Positions 19,962 to 27,561 of a DNA stretch of 56,520 nucleotides are shown piece by piece. The notes under the pieces are model-generated. The model was not told the origin of the DNA, did no database searches, and saw only the letters and a program-made list of their open reading frames with translations. Made by a program: the position numbers and the translations under genes. Positions within the stretch are counted from its first letter, which is position 1. Each line of letters starts with the position of its first letter. Origin of the DNA: Anaerolineae bacterium (GTDB taxonomy: Bacteria; Chloroflexota; Anaerolineae; Anaerolineales; E44-bin32); the NCBI GenBank assembly GCA_011174845.1, contig DUEW01000015.1, positions 1 through 56,520 of the forward strand. The letters are read 5' to 3'.

Positions 19962-20410
19962 CGTTTCTCGCTACTATGTATCAAATCTTGGTTGACAGAG
20001 CACTAGATAAGCATTTCGTATGGCAATCCTGCGTCACATTTCTGAGTCCCAAACAGAGATTGTCGGGTTATCAGCTCCAATCCCAAAATGAGGGACTAGG
20101 ACCGTCAGGTTTGGCTTCCAAGAGTGGCCTCACGATATGAGATCGCTTGAGACCCAGCGGACCTTGTATCTCTATGTCCTATTTATTCAGTACCCACTGA
20201 GCCTTCGTATGATTCAACCAGAGAGGGAGATTCGAGGTCGGCCAACGACCTTGCGGCGTCATACAACACCAATTTGATTTGATAGAAGTTAACCGTCTTC
20301 CTACCGTGTCCTGGACTATGGAGATGGTTTGACCAATATGTGGAGGGGATTTGAATATAATGCGCTTCAAATCGTTCGATGCGTCTCTTGCAGGCCTCGA
20401 CTCTCTTCCC

Positions 20411-21436
20411 TTATGTGAAAGCTTGTAAGAATGCAACACCACTATCGTCAAGTCGGTCGAGCAAGTAGCCACCCTCCTGCACGAGGACGGTTGGCAACCC
20501 AAGACCGGCAACTTGTTTGGCGATTTCTTGCAATCCTTCCAACGACAGCATGAAACCTCCCACAGGGTCACCCTCCAGGATGTCCATCCCTAAGGAAACC
20601 ACCAGATAGTGTGGATCGAAGGCATGGATCCTAATTAAAGCCTCATCCAACGCGCACAAATATTCAGCGTCGGATGTATCGCGTGGGAGAGGCCAATTGC
20701 AGTTCAAGCCCTCCCCCGCCTCCATTCCTCGCTCGTCGGAAAAGCCCCAGTAGTAGGGATAATCATAATTCGGATCGGCATGAAGCGAGCAGTAGAGCAC
20801 CGAAGGATCCGCATAAAAAATCATCTGGGTGCCGTTGCCGTGATGGAAGTCTATGTCGAGGATAGCGACCTTCGTGTCCTTGTGGACATGCTGCAGGTGA
20901 CGCGTGGCGATGGCAGCATTGTTTAGATAGCAGAATCCGCCGTACAAATCGATGCTCGCGTGATGACCGGGGGGGCGCGTAAGTGCATATGCAGTTTGCT
21001 CACCCTTTAAGACCTCATCGGCAGCGTTAAGGGAACACTGTGCACTCCAGTATGCTGCTTCCCATGTCCCCTCAAGGATGGGACTTCCCCAACCGAAGGC
21101 ATAATAACCGAGCAATCCGAGCATAGCCTTTGGCCTTCGCCCGGTATAACGCGTGGCGAAAGTGCCTGGAAAAACGGCTGTCTCTTGGGGATATAGCGTG
21201 GTGTAGGCTTCATAGACCGTGCTTAGAAAAGTGACATAGTCTATAGTATGTACACGAAGGATCGGGTCCAGACCGTGATCGGTCGGTGTCAGTATGGTTC
21301 CTATGTGCGCCTCTCGAATCGCGTCCAGCAGCACCTCCGCACGCGCGGGGATCTCTTCGACGGAGTACGGATGACCTTCGAAAAGGACTTGATCCGTGGC
21401 ATGGCGTTTGTGTAGATCGGTATAGAGTATTTTCAT
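20411..21436 (-). CDS. Histone deacetylase-family amidohydrolase (acetoin utilisation / acetylpolyamine amidohydrolase type)
   Basis: 341 aa. Motifs: RPPGHHA, GFCYLNNAA, ILDIDFHHGNGTQ, SLGMDILEGDP. Confidence 0.9.
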   Translation of the reverse strand: MKILYTDLHKRHATDQVLFEGHPYSVEEIPARAEVLLDAIREAHIGTILTPTDHGLDPILRVHTIDYVTFLSTVYEAYTTLYPQETAVFPGTFATRYTGRRPKAMLGLLGYYAFGWGSPILEGTWEAAYWSAQCSLNAADEVLKGEQTAYALTRPPGHHASIDLYGGFCYLNNAAIATRHLQHVHKDTKVAILDIDFHHGNGTQMIFYADPSVLYCSLHADPNYDYPYYWGFSDERGMEAGEGLNCNWPLPRDTSDAEYLCALDEALIRIHAFDPHYLVVSLGMDILEGDPVGGFMLSLEGLQEIAKQVAGLGLPTVLVQEGGYLLDRLDDSGVAFLQAFT

Positions 21437-21540
21437 GAGGGAATCCGGTTGGTCAAGGGATTTTATCGCCGGATGCAGCGACCAGTGCTACAGTCCAGAT
21501 GTGGCTATGATTGCTGTGGATGAAGGAAGTACGTACCATC

Positions 21541-21870
21541 TCAGACATGGATGCAGGCCACCTGGTAACCCAAGGTGACCGTCCTGAGTTGTGGGTCAAC
21601 CTCCTGACACTCCGGCACCGCCTGCGGACAACGTGGGTGGAAACGGCAGCCGCTTGGGATCTTGATGGGATTCGGTATCTCGCCCTGCAGAATCACGCGC
21701 TTGGTGCGTCCTTCGGCATCCCAGATGAAAATCCCCTCGCTACACACGGCGCGCGGGTGAGCGAATGCCATACAGCGGCAGAAAACGTGTCCAGAGTTCA
21801 CATCCACATCCGCTGTATCGAAATCGTCATGTCCACTCCCCCTCTGACGCCGTGACCAGGCTTCGCGTCG
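21541..21870 (-). pseudogene. Remnant of an oligopeptide/dipeptide ABC transporter ATPase (C-terminal domain only)
   Basis: The ORF tail ILQGEIPNPIKIPSGCRFHPRCPQAVPECQEVDPQLRTVTLGYQVACIHV matches the OppD/F C-terminal signature. No Walker A, Walker B or ABC signature lies upstream in any frame I read. The upstream boundary is approximate. Confidence 0.6.
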
Positions 21871-21996
21871 ATGGATGTGCGTACTGAAGAGAGATTGAGA
21901 ACTCCCTTTTGCATATGGTGGCCTCCAGTTGGGCGGGATTATGTGTGCTGCCGGTATTCTCATTCAGGTGCGAAACCGGATGATCAAACTGAGGCT

Positions 21997-22866
21997 TCAA
22001 CCGATATGGATCCCTTGAGGATCCAGCTCCTCCCGCAGGAGATGAATTTCTTCATCCGTCGGCGCTGCAGTCTGCTTCAACTCGCCGGCTGTCTGAACCT
22101 GCCATCCAACTTCCTGTTGTACCTCGGACAGCTCCACGCCGGGGTGCAAGCTGGAGATCAACATTTCTTTGCTCTCTTGATCGAAGACGAAGACGCATTT
22201 GTCTGTCACGACCAGTTGGGGGCCCATTCCTGGTAACCCCAAGCTATCTCGGGCATCGCCACCATGTAGATGTCCTGGTCCCGTCAGAAAATCCAACCGA
22301 TCGACAAAACCGCGTTTCGATAGGCGCATGATGATAAATACTTTTTGAGCTTGGATAGCAATCTCGCAAGCGCCTCCGCTTCCTGGAAGGCGCACCTTGG
22401 GGCGCGCATAATCCTCCTCGAGCGAACCTGCGGCCCCGGCGATGATTGTGGTGTTCAGATTGCCAAAGCGGTCTATCTGTGCGCCTCCAAGAAAAGCCAC
22501 CTGTACACGGCCTCCTTGAAGATACAGGCCAAACAGGTCTTGCATCGAACAAACGGAAAGTGCATCGCTCACGAGCGTGGGATCTCCAATGGAGAGCGGT
22601 AAGCGCGCCGGCCGTGCACCGTAGACTCCGCTTTCATAGATAAGTTCCAGATACGGCGCCACGGTGCGGCGCGCCAAGTTACAGGCGATATTAGGGAGCC
22701 CGACACCTACGAAGACGGTTCTGGTACCGGCCAGCGCACGCGAGGCCGTGACGATCATCATTTCATTGCGTGTGTAATGGGTCATCTTATACGTCTCGTG
22801 ATGGTCACTTGCGTTCCTTTCGCCAGAACGCGTGCCATTGGTTTGGGAGCTGCGTTCCTCATTCAT
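21997..22866 (-). CDS. CoA-transferase subunit B (glutaconate/3-oxoacid CoA-transferase family)
   Basis: 289 aa. Motifs: MMIVTASRAL, FVGVGLPN, ESGVYG, GGAQIDRFGNLN, GSGGA. It lies directly downstream of the subunit A gene. The start is uncertain (ATG at 22866, or MTHYT at 22788). Confidence 0.8.
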   Translation of the reverse strand: MNEERSSQTNGTRSGERNASDHHETYKMTHYTRNEMMIVTASRALAGTRTVFVGVGLPNIACNLARRTVAPYLELIYESGVYGARPARLPLSIGDPTLVSDALSVCSMQDLFGLYLQGGRVQVAFLGGAQIDRFGNLNTTIIAGAAGSLEEDYARPKVRLPGSGGACEIAIQAQKVFIIMRLSKRGFVDRLDFLTGPGHLHGGDARDSLGLPGMGPQLVVTDKCVFVFDQESKEMLISSLHPGVELSEVQQEVGWQVQTAGELKQTAAPTDEEIHLLREELDPQGIHIG

Positions 22867-22888
22867 GCATCAGGACGAATGATGAATT

Positions 22889-23806
22889 TCATGCATACCG
22901 CCCGTAGTTCACCGGTTCTGCGAATGCTTCACCGGGTGACAAGCGTTTCCATGCACTCGCATCCAACTTCTGCACATACTCGGCCCGATCCTTCACTGCG
23001 ATGATCCATTCTTCAAGCCAAGCTTGTGTGGACGTCTCATCCCTGCTGAGTTCGTCCCATTGCAGATAAAACTGGTTATCTCGATCGTAATAGCCTTGCA
23101 CGTAGGATGGATGGGCGCCAAAGGGTTCCTTCACGACAGCATCGACGATCAGGCTGGGAATAATCGTCCGGTTCGGATCGGATCGAATGACCTGCTCCTC
23201 CACAAGTTCTTCGACCACGACAATCACGCGTCGAGCAGCAAAGGCAGCTTCCTTCTGGACACCCAACAAACCCCACAGATGTGTGTTGCCCTCCCGATCT
23301 GCGCGTTGGGCGTGAATGATGACTACATCTGGATTCAGGGGTGGGACAACCGCGATGGGCTCGCCGTCGTAAGGGCTCTCCACGAAGCGGATTTTGGGAT
23401 TTACACGTGGCAGGTCGCTTCCGGTATAGGAGTGTAGAGGGTAGAAAGGCAGTCGGTGGGCTCCCGCGGTGTATCTAGATACCATACCGAAATGGGAATA
23501 CTCCTCAATCTCCAGAGGAGCCGGGATGCCTTTCTCTACCGCCCTGCGGATCGCGTGTAGAGAACCTACGCCGGGATTGCCCAGGTATGAGAAGATCAGC
23601 TTCCGGGCACAGCCGGCCGCGATCATCTGATCGTAGATAAGATCTGGCGTCATACGGCACAGCACCAAATCGCGGCGACCCTGACGGATGATCTCGTGAC
23701 CGGCAGCGAAGCAGATGCAGGCGGTAAAACCCTCGATAGCAACCATGTCTCCATCGTGAACATGACTTGCGATTGCCTCTTGCATGGACATAACTTTCGA
23801 AGCCAT
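22889..23806 (-). CDS. CoA-transferase subunit A
   Basis: KVMSMQEAIASHVHDGDMVAIEGF is a typical subunit-A N-terminus. The start is set at the ATG at 23806, behind a GGGAGGATGAG RBS and 4 nt after the creatininase stop. The ORF track extends to 23848. Confidence 0.8.
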   Translation of the reverse strand: MASKVMSMQEAIASHVHDGDMVAIEGFTACICFAAGHEIIRQGRRDLVLCRMTPDLIYDQMIAAGCARKLIFSYLGNPGVGSLHAIRRAVEKGIPAPLEIEEYSHFGMVSRYTAGAHRLPFYPLHSYTGSDLPRVNPKIRFVESPYDGEPIAVVPPLNPDVVIIHAQRADREGNTHLWGLLGVQKEAAFAARRVIVVVEELVEEQVIRSDPNRTIIPSLIVDAVVKEPFGAHPSYVQGYYDRDNQFYLQWDELSRDETSTQAWLEEWIIAVKDRAEYVQKLDASAWKRLSPGEAFAEPVNYGRYA

Positions 23807-23810
23807 TCTC

Positions 23811-24653
23811 TCATCCTCCCTGGGTTTGCCCATCGTCTGGCATTCCATGCATATCTTGGCGCGATCGAATTGGAAGGGTTCGAAAGCCGCGCAGGAGACG
23901 GATGAAGTTTTCCACAGTTGTCTCGAAGAGCGCTTCTCCGAACTCGATCGTCGCTAGCGTGGGATCTCCACAAACACCGCTTTCACTCATGCGCGACCAC
24001 CAATCCTGCCAGGCGACTGAGCTGGGTTCGGAATGATCCCAATTGAAATACTCGATCTTTAATTGGCCTTGTTCCTTGAGTGCACGGTCCATGTGAACCA
24101 ACTCAGGTCGCAGATGAAGCATCATGGCTGTCTCATACTCGCCGGCATGTGCGATTCCCCCTGGTTGAGATTTACGCATCGTAGAGAGCGTGGGCTCGGC
24201 CAGCGTTGGATCAATTGCCGCGTTGGGATTCACGGCAGCGCAAACGACGCCCGTTTCAAGAACCACACGCCGCGCAGCGAGATCGGCAATCGGAGCGTTG
24301 GAGCCGTGCCCATTCACGATGAGGATGTGGGTGAAACCGTGGCGAGCGGCACTGATGGCTACATCAGATACGAACTGTATCAAGGTCTGCATATCGACGG
24401 AGATGGTGCCTGGGAAGTCCATGTGGTGTTCATCCAAACCGTAAGCGATCGCTGGCATGACCAGCGCCTCCCCCTGCAGGCGCCGTGCGGTTTCCTGACA
24501 GATCGCCTCGACGATAACGTTGTCGGTGTTGAGCGGCAGATGAGGTCCATGATCTTCCACAGCACCAAATGGAAGCAGCAGGACGGGTTGGTGACGGATG
24601 ACATCACGCATTTCGGGCCAGGTCATTTCATCATAGAAGCATTTATCGTTCAT
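23811..24653 (-). CDS. Creatininase-family amidohydrolase
   Basis: 280 aa. Motifs: LLPFGAVEDHGPHLPLNTD, ILIVNGHGSN, IAHAGEYETA. Confidence 0.85.
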   Translation of the reverse strand: MNDKCFYDEMTWPEMRDVIRHQPVLLLPFGAVEDHGPHLPLNTDNVIVEAICQETARRLQGEALVMPAIAYGLDEHHMDFPGTISVDMQTLIQFVSDVAISAARHGFTHILIVNGHGSNAPIADLAARRVVLETGVVCAAVNPNAAIDPTLAEPTLSTMRKSQPGGIAHAGEYETAMMLHLRPELVHMDRALKEQGQLKIEYFNWDHSEPSSVAWQDWWSRMSESGVCGDPTLATIEFGEALFETTVENFIRLLRGFRTLPIRSRQDMHGMPDDGQTQGG

Positions 24654-24738
24654 CGCGAATTGATTTCCTTTGATTATCCGTGAAAAAACATGATCGGTTA
24701 TTGAAGAACGGTATCAGCCGAGCCAGCATTCCTGACCA

Positions 24739-24870
24739 TCAAGCATATCGCTTTAAGCCGATCTCTTGGAGTTCGGAGTCACACTGACACACCAGATTCA
24801 TCGGACATTTTGTCACGGCATGAATTCCAGTGCAATGCTTATTTTCCATCATAGATTCGATGAATTGCAT
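24739..24870 (-). CDS. Candidate small Cys-rich ORF (43 aa), below the ORF-track cutoff
   Basis: My translation is MQFIESMMENKHCTGIHAVTKCPMNLVCQCDSELQEIGLKRYA*. A GAGGA RBS lies 5 nt upstream of the ATG. It is on the same strand as the creatininase gene and 85 nt upstream of it. Confidence 0.3.
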   Translation of the reverse strand: MQFIESMMENKHCTGIHAVTKCPMNLVCQCDSELQEIGLKRYA

Positions 24871-25258
24871 AATGTTCCTCGTTTGGCGGTGTAATTTAAT
24901 CTGATAATTATGGCCTACTCAGAATCCTTCCTGGAATTGAATCCATCAAGTCTGGTTATACGCGGCACTAGGGCGCTTGAATACCAAAAACCACCATCGA
25001 ACATATCCACGACTTTAAAGGCTGTCCGCCTGCGTTTGAGGAAAGCACGCGATCATTCGAACAAGATAGGCAATATCCAGTGAAAGGGAGAATATCATAC
25101 CGCAGGGTGATAACTATATCTTTCAAGCAAGTGGTTCTTACCGCCAACTTGGATGAGAAGATTGGCGAGAAAATGAAAATCTATCTGCAATAAACAACCA
25201 GGCGGATGTGGGAAGCTCTCCCTTCCGGTACAGCTTGGAGGGCACCATGAATTGCTGC

Positions 25259-26317
25259 CTATCGCGGTAAGAAATCCATTTCAGAACTAAGCGATCTGAT
25301 CAGGGTTGTTATCAACTCGATTGTGTCTTCTACATCGCTGAGTTCAACCAATTCGTTAGGCGAATGCATATAGCGACATGGAATCGAGACAAGAATGGTG
25401 GCGACACCTGTGCGAGATACGTAAATGGAATCAGCATCGGTATACGTCTTACTGGGTGTAACCTGAAAACTATAGTGTATGCCCTTTCTCTCCGCAATCT
25501 CAACCATCATGTCATACAAGATCGGATGGTTGGCCGATCCCCGAGAAAGCACGGGGCCTGCACCAATTCGGACATCCCCGTCTCGTTTCAAATCCGACTG
25601 CGGATGGTCGGTTGCGTAAGTCATATCTACAAAAATAGCGACCTGTGGATCTAGACCGAACGCAGCAGTTTGTGCGCCTGCCTGTAGAATTTCCTCTTGG
25701 GTCGTTGCAACTGCTGCAATGGTGGCCTCGCATCTACTTGCAGCAAGATTCCTAAGAATTTCTAAAATAGCGAAGGCCCCGACGCGATTATCGACACTTC
25801 TTGAAACCAGGCGATCATTGGGTAAGTGGTACAAAGGAGCGTCCATTACCCCTACCGCGCCTATAGCTATACTATCCAAAGCCTCTGACCGGCTCTTTAC
25901 ACCAATGTCAATCCACAAATTACTAAGTGAGATCTCGCCTTTTTTGTCTTCTTCCTTTAGAAGATGAGCCGGTTTCCTCCCGATGACGCCAATAACGTCC
26001 TTATCCTTCCCTAATAGACGCACACGTTGCCCAACTAGCACATATGGATCCCAAAGGCCGATCCCCAAGAAATAAAGAAAACCATCCTCATCGATGTGGC
26101 TCACCATGATACCAATTTCATCGATATGTGCCGCGAGCAATACAGTCAGCTTGCCATTCTTTAAAAGGGCAAAGGAGTTGCCACTTACATCAACTCGCAC
26201 CTCATCTGCAAATGTCGCTGCCTCCTCTCGCCAGATTCGGCTTACAAATCTCTCCTCGCCCGAAGGTCCGTGGGTCTCTAAAAGTTTTGTTAAGAATTGA
26301 ATGGAATTAGGGTCCAC
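25259..26317 (-). CDS. M42 family metallopeptidase (FrvX/glutamyl aminopeptidase-like)
   Basis: 352 aa. Motifs: LLETHGPSGEE, LLAAHIDEIG, SRSVDNRVG, QEE, DMTYATDHP, CRYMHSP. Confidence 0.9.
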   Translation of the reverse strand: MDPNSIQFLTKLLETHGPSGEERFVSRIWREEAATFADEVRVDVSGNSFALLKNGKLTVLLAAHIDEIGIMVSHIDEDGFLYFLGIGLWDPYVLVGQRVRLLGKDKDVIGVIGRKPAHLLKEEDKKGEISLSNLWIDIGVKSRSEALDSIAIGAVGVMDAPLYHLPNDRLVSRSVDNRVGAFAILEILRNLAASRCEATIAAVATTQEEILQAGAQTAAFGLDPQVAIFVDMTYATDHPQSDLKRDGDVRIGAGPVLSRGSANHPILYDMMVEIAERKGIHYSFQVTPSKTYTDADSIYVSRTGVATILVSIPCRYMHSPNELVELSDVEDTIELITTLIRSLSSEMDFLPR

Positions 26318-26793
26318 TGCTTGCTCCTGATGATCATAAATTCTTGGTGTTTTTCATTGTACATGGCATTTCGTATTCTATTAATGACTCAACTGAAAAA
26401 AAGGTCAACTGCGAGGGGAGGACCCGAACGACCCTATCACAGCCACACCTTGAGCACGGGTCCGTATACGGCGGGTCGGCCAAATATTCACAATAGCGTG
26501 CGACCAGATGAAGTAGCCTAATTGAAAACCTGGCCCCAAGACTCCATTCGATAAAGACGCAGCGCCTCCTCTCCCATAAGACCCTCCTCGCTGGAACTGT
26601 GATTGACAAGTGTTGTCGTATGCTTACTTTCTGTTGACCGGATTTCCGTTGCAGTTGTCACTTCGTTTCATAAAAACGAACTAAAATCAGCCAGAGTAAC
26701 TGTGGGAAAAGGAGAGGCCCGCCTGGAGCGACGGACCGTTGACGGGAAAAATGCGTTGTAGATTGAACTCCGTTGTACGCATCATTCCACAGG

Positions 26794-26867
26794 CGCTCCC
26801 GGCAGGATTCGAACCTGCGACCTTGGGTTTAGAAGACCCCTGCTCTAGTCCACTGAGCTACGGGAGC
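26794..26867 (-). tRNA. tRNA-Arg, anticodon UCU
   Basis: The minus strand folds by hand as GCTCCCG TA GCTC AGTGGACTA GAGC A GGGGT CTTCTAA ACCCA AGGTC GCAGG TTCGAAT CCTGC CGGGAGC G. This is a 74-nt cloverleaf with all stems paired except G27-A43. Confidence 0.9.
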
Positions 26868-26898
26868 TCTTTGCCCCTACGAGGAATTATATGCCTTA

Positions 26899-26936
26899 TT
26901 AGAAATCCGGTGCTCTGTCCATTGAGTTTCAGGGAC
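26899..26936 (-). pseudogene. Orphan 5' half of a tRNA-Arg(UCU)-like gene (acceptor to anticodon loop)
   Basis: The minus strand reads GTCCCTGAAACTCAATGGACAGAGCACCGGATTTCTAA. The D-arm region matches the intact tRNA at about 19/27 positions. Similarity ends in the anticodon loop, and no T-arm follows. Confidence 0.55.
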
Positions 26937-26948
26937 TTTGGCATGTTC

Positions 26949-26976
26949 ATTATACTCGTGATATTGGTTCGATCAA
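26949..26976 (-). promoter_or_regulatory. Sigma-70-like promoter TTGATC-N16-TATAAT upstream of the tRNA locus
   Basis: The minus strand reads TTGATC gaaccaatatcacgag TATAAT. The -10 box ends 12 nt before the 5' end of the orphan tRNA half. A second isolated TATAAT (26886-26891) lies 18 nt upstream of the intact tRNA. Confidence 0.35.
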
Positions 26977-27093
26977 TTGGTAATGTTTGAGGGAAATCCT
27001 TCAGAAGGACGGAATTAATAAACGGTTATGGATCGCGAGGTCTAAAGGAAGAATAATGCATACATGCTCAAAAATTTTAATAGATTGTGTGGA

Positions 27094-27561
27094 TTAATTC
27101 CGCGATGGGGAGGATTCTGATACGGTGTACGGTCTGATGCCTTTATACACCCTAGGTCCAGAAAAGGTGCGCAAGATCATCTGAGGTGAGCGATCCAAAC
27201 GTTCTGCCAACTCAATCGGAGTTAGTGGCGTGTTACTGTTCGCCAAGAAGATCCTAAAAACTGCGTTCACCAAACTCGTTTGTGGCGTTAGATAATTTGG
27301 TTGACGGGCACAATGTGAGATCAAGGTGTGTTGAATTCCAGCAACCCTTGTTACTTCCGCGGTCTCTGGATCCACATAATCAACCATCACATCAGCATCT
27401 AAGTCGGCATATGTTTCTTGATGCTCTGAGCAAAGGTGGCTGCGTAAATAAATCTCAAGGTCTCGATCGGCCCTCTCCCACCAGTCGTAATCGATGTGAA
27501 ATTTCGTCTCGAGGGTAGGTCGTACGAGTAGCCCTACCCGCTTCGTTCCCACTGTGCTCAT
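27094..27561 (-). CDS. Hypothetical protein (155 aa), translationally coupled to the upstream gene
   Basis: Its ATG at 27559-27561 overlaps the upstream TGA (27558-27560) in an ATGA arrangement. The C-terminal segment VNAVFRIFLANSNTPLTPIELAERL resembles a winged-helix, HARE-HTH-like unit. That assignment is weak and made by eye. Confidence 0.6.
   Translation of the reverse strand: MSTVGTKRVGLLVRPTLETKFHIDYDWWERADRDLEIYLRSHLCSEHQETYADLDADVMVDYVDPETAEVTRVAGIQHTLISHCARQPNYLTPQTSLVNAVFRIFLANSNTPLTPIELAERLDRSPQMILRTFSGPRVYKGIRPYTVSESSPSRN

Noticed and set aside
20179-20571. A 130-aa minus ORF overlapping the 3' end of the HDAC-family gene
   Set aside because: It lies in a different frame overlapping a well-supported gene, then continues into noncoding DNA. 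It has no RBS or motif.
24063-24683. A 206-aa + strand ORF
   Set aside because: It is antisense to the creatininase-family gene, whose frame carries the family motifs. It has no motif or RBS of its own.
23811-24870. A mycofactocin-like system (creatininase/MftE homolog plus an upstream small peptide)
   Set aside because: No MftB or MftC radical SAM gene is adjacent. The peptide ends in KRYA rather than the MftA C-terminal GVY motif. The nearby genes are CoA-transferases.
26334-26609. A 91-aa minus ORF between the tRNA and the M42 gene, where an island integrase might be expected
   Set aside because: The translation has no integrase or other motif and no RBS, and it overlaps an equally open + frame. 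I also could not match the region to a known structured RNA (SRP, 6S, RNase P, tmRNA) by eye.
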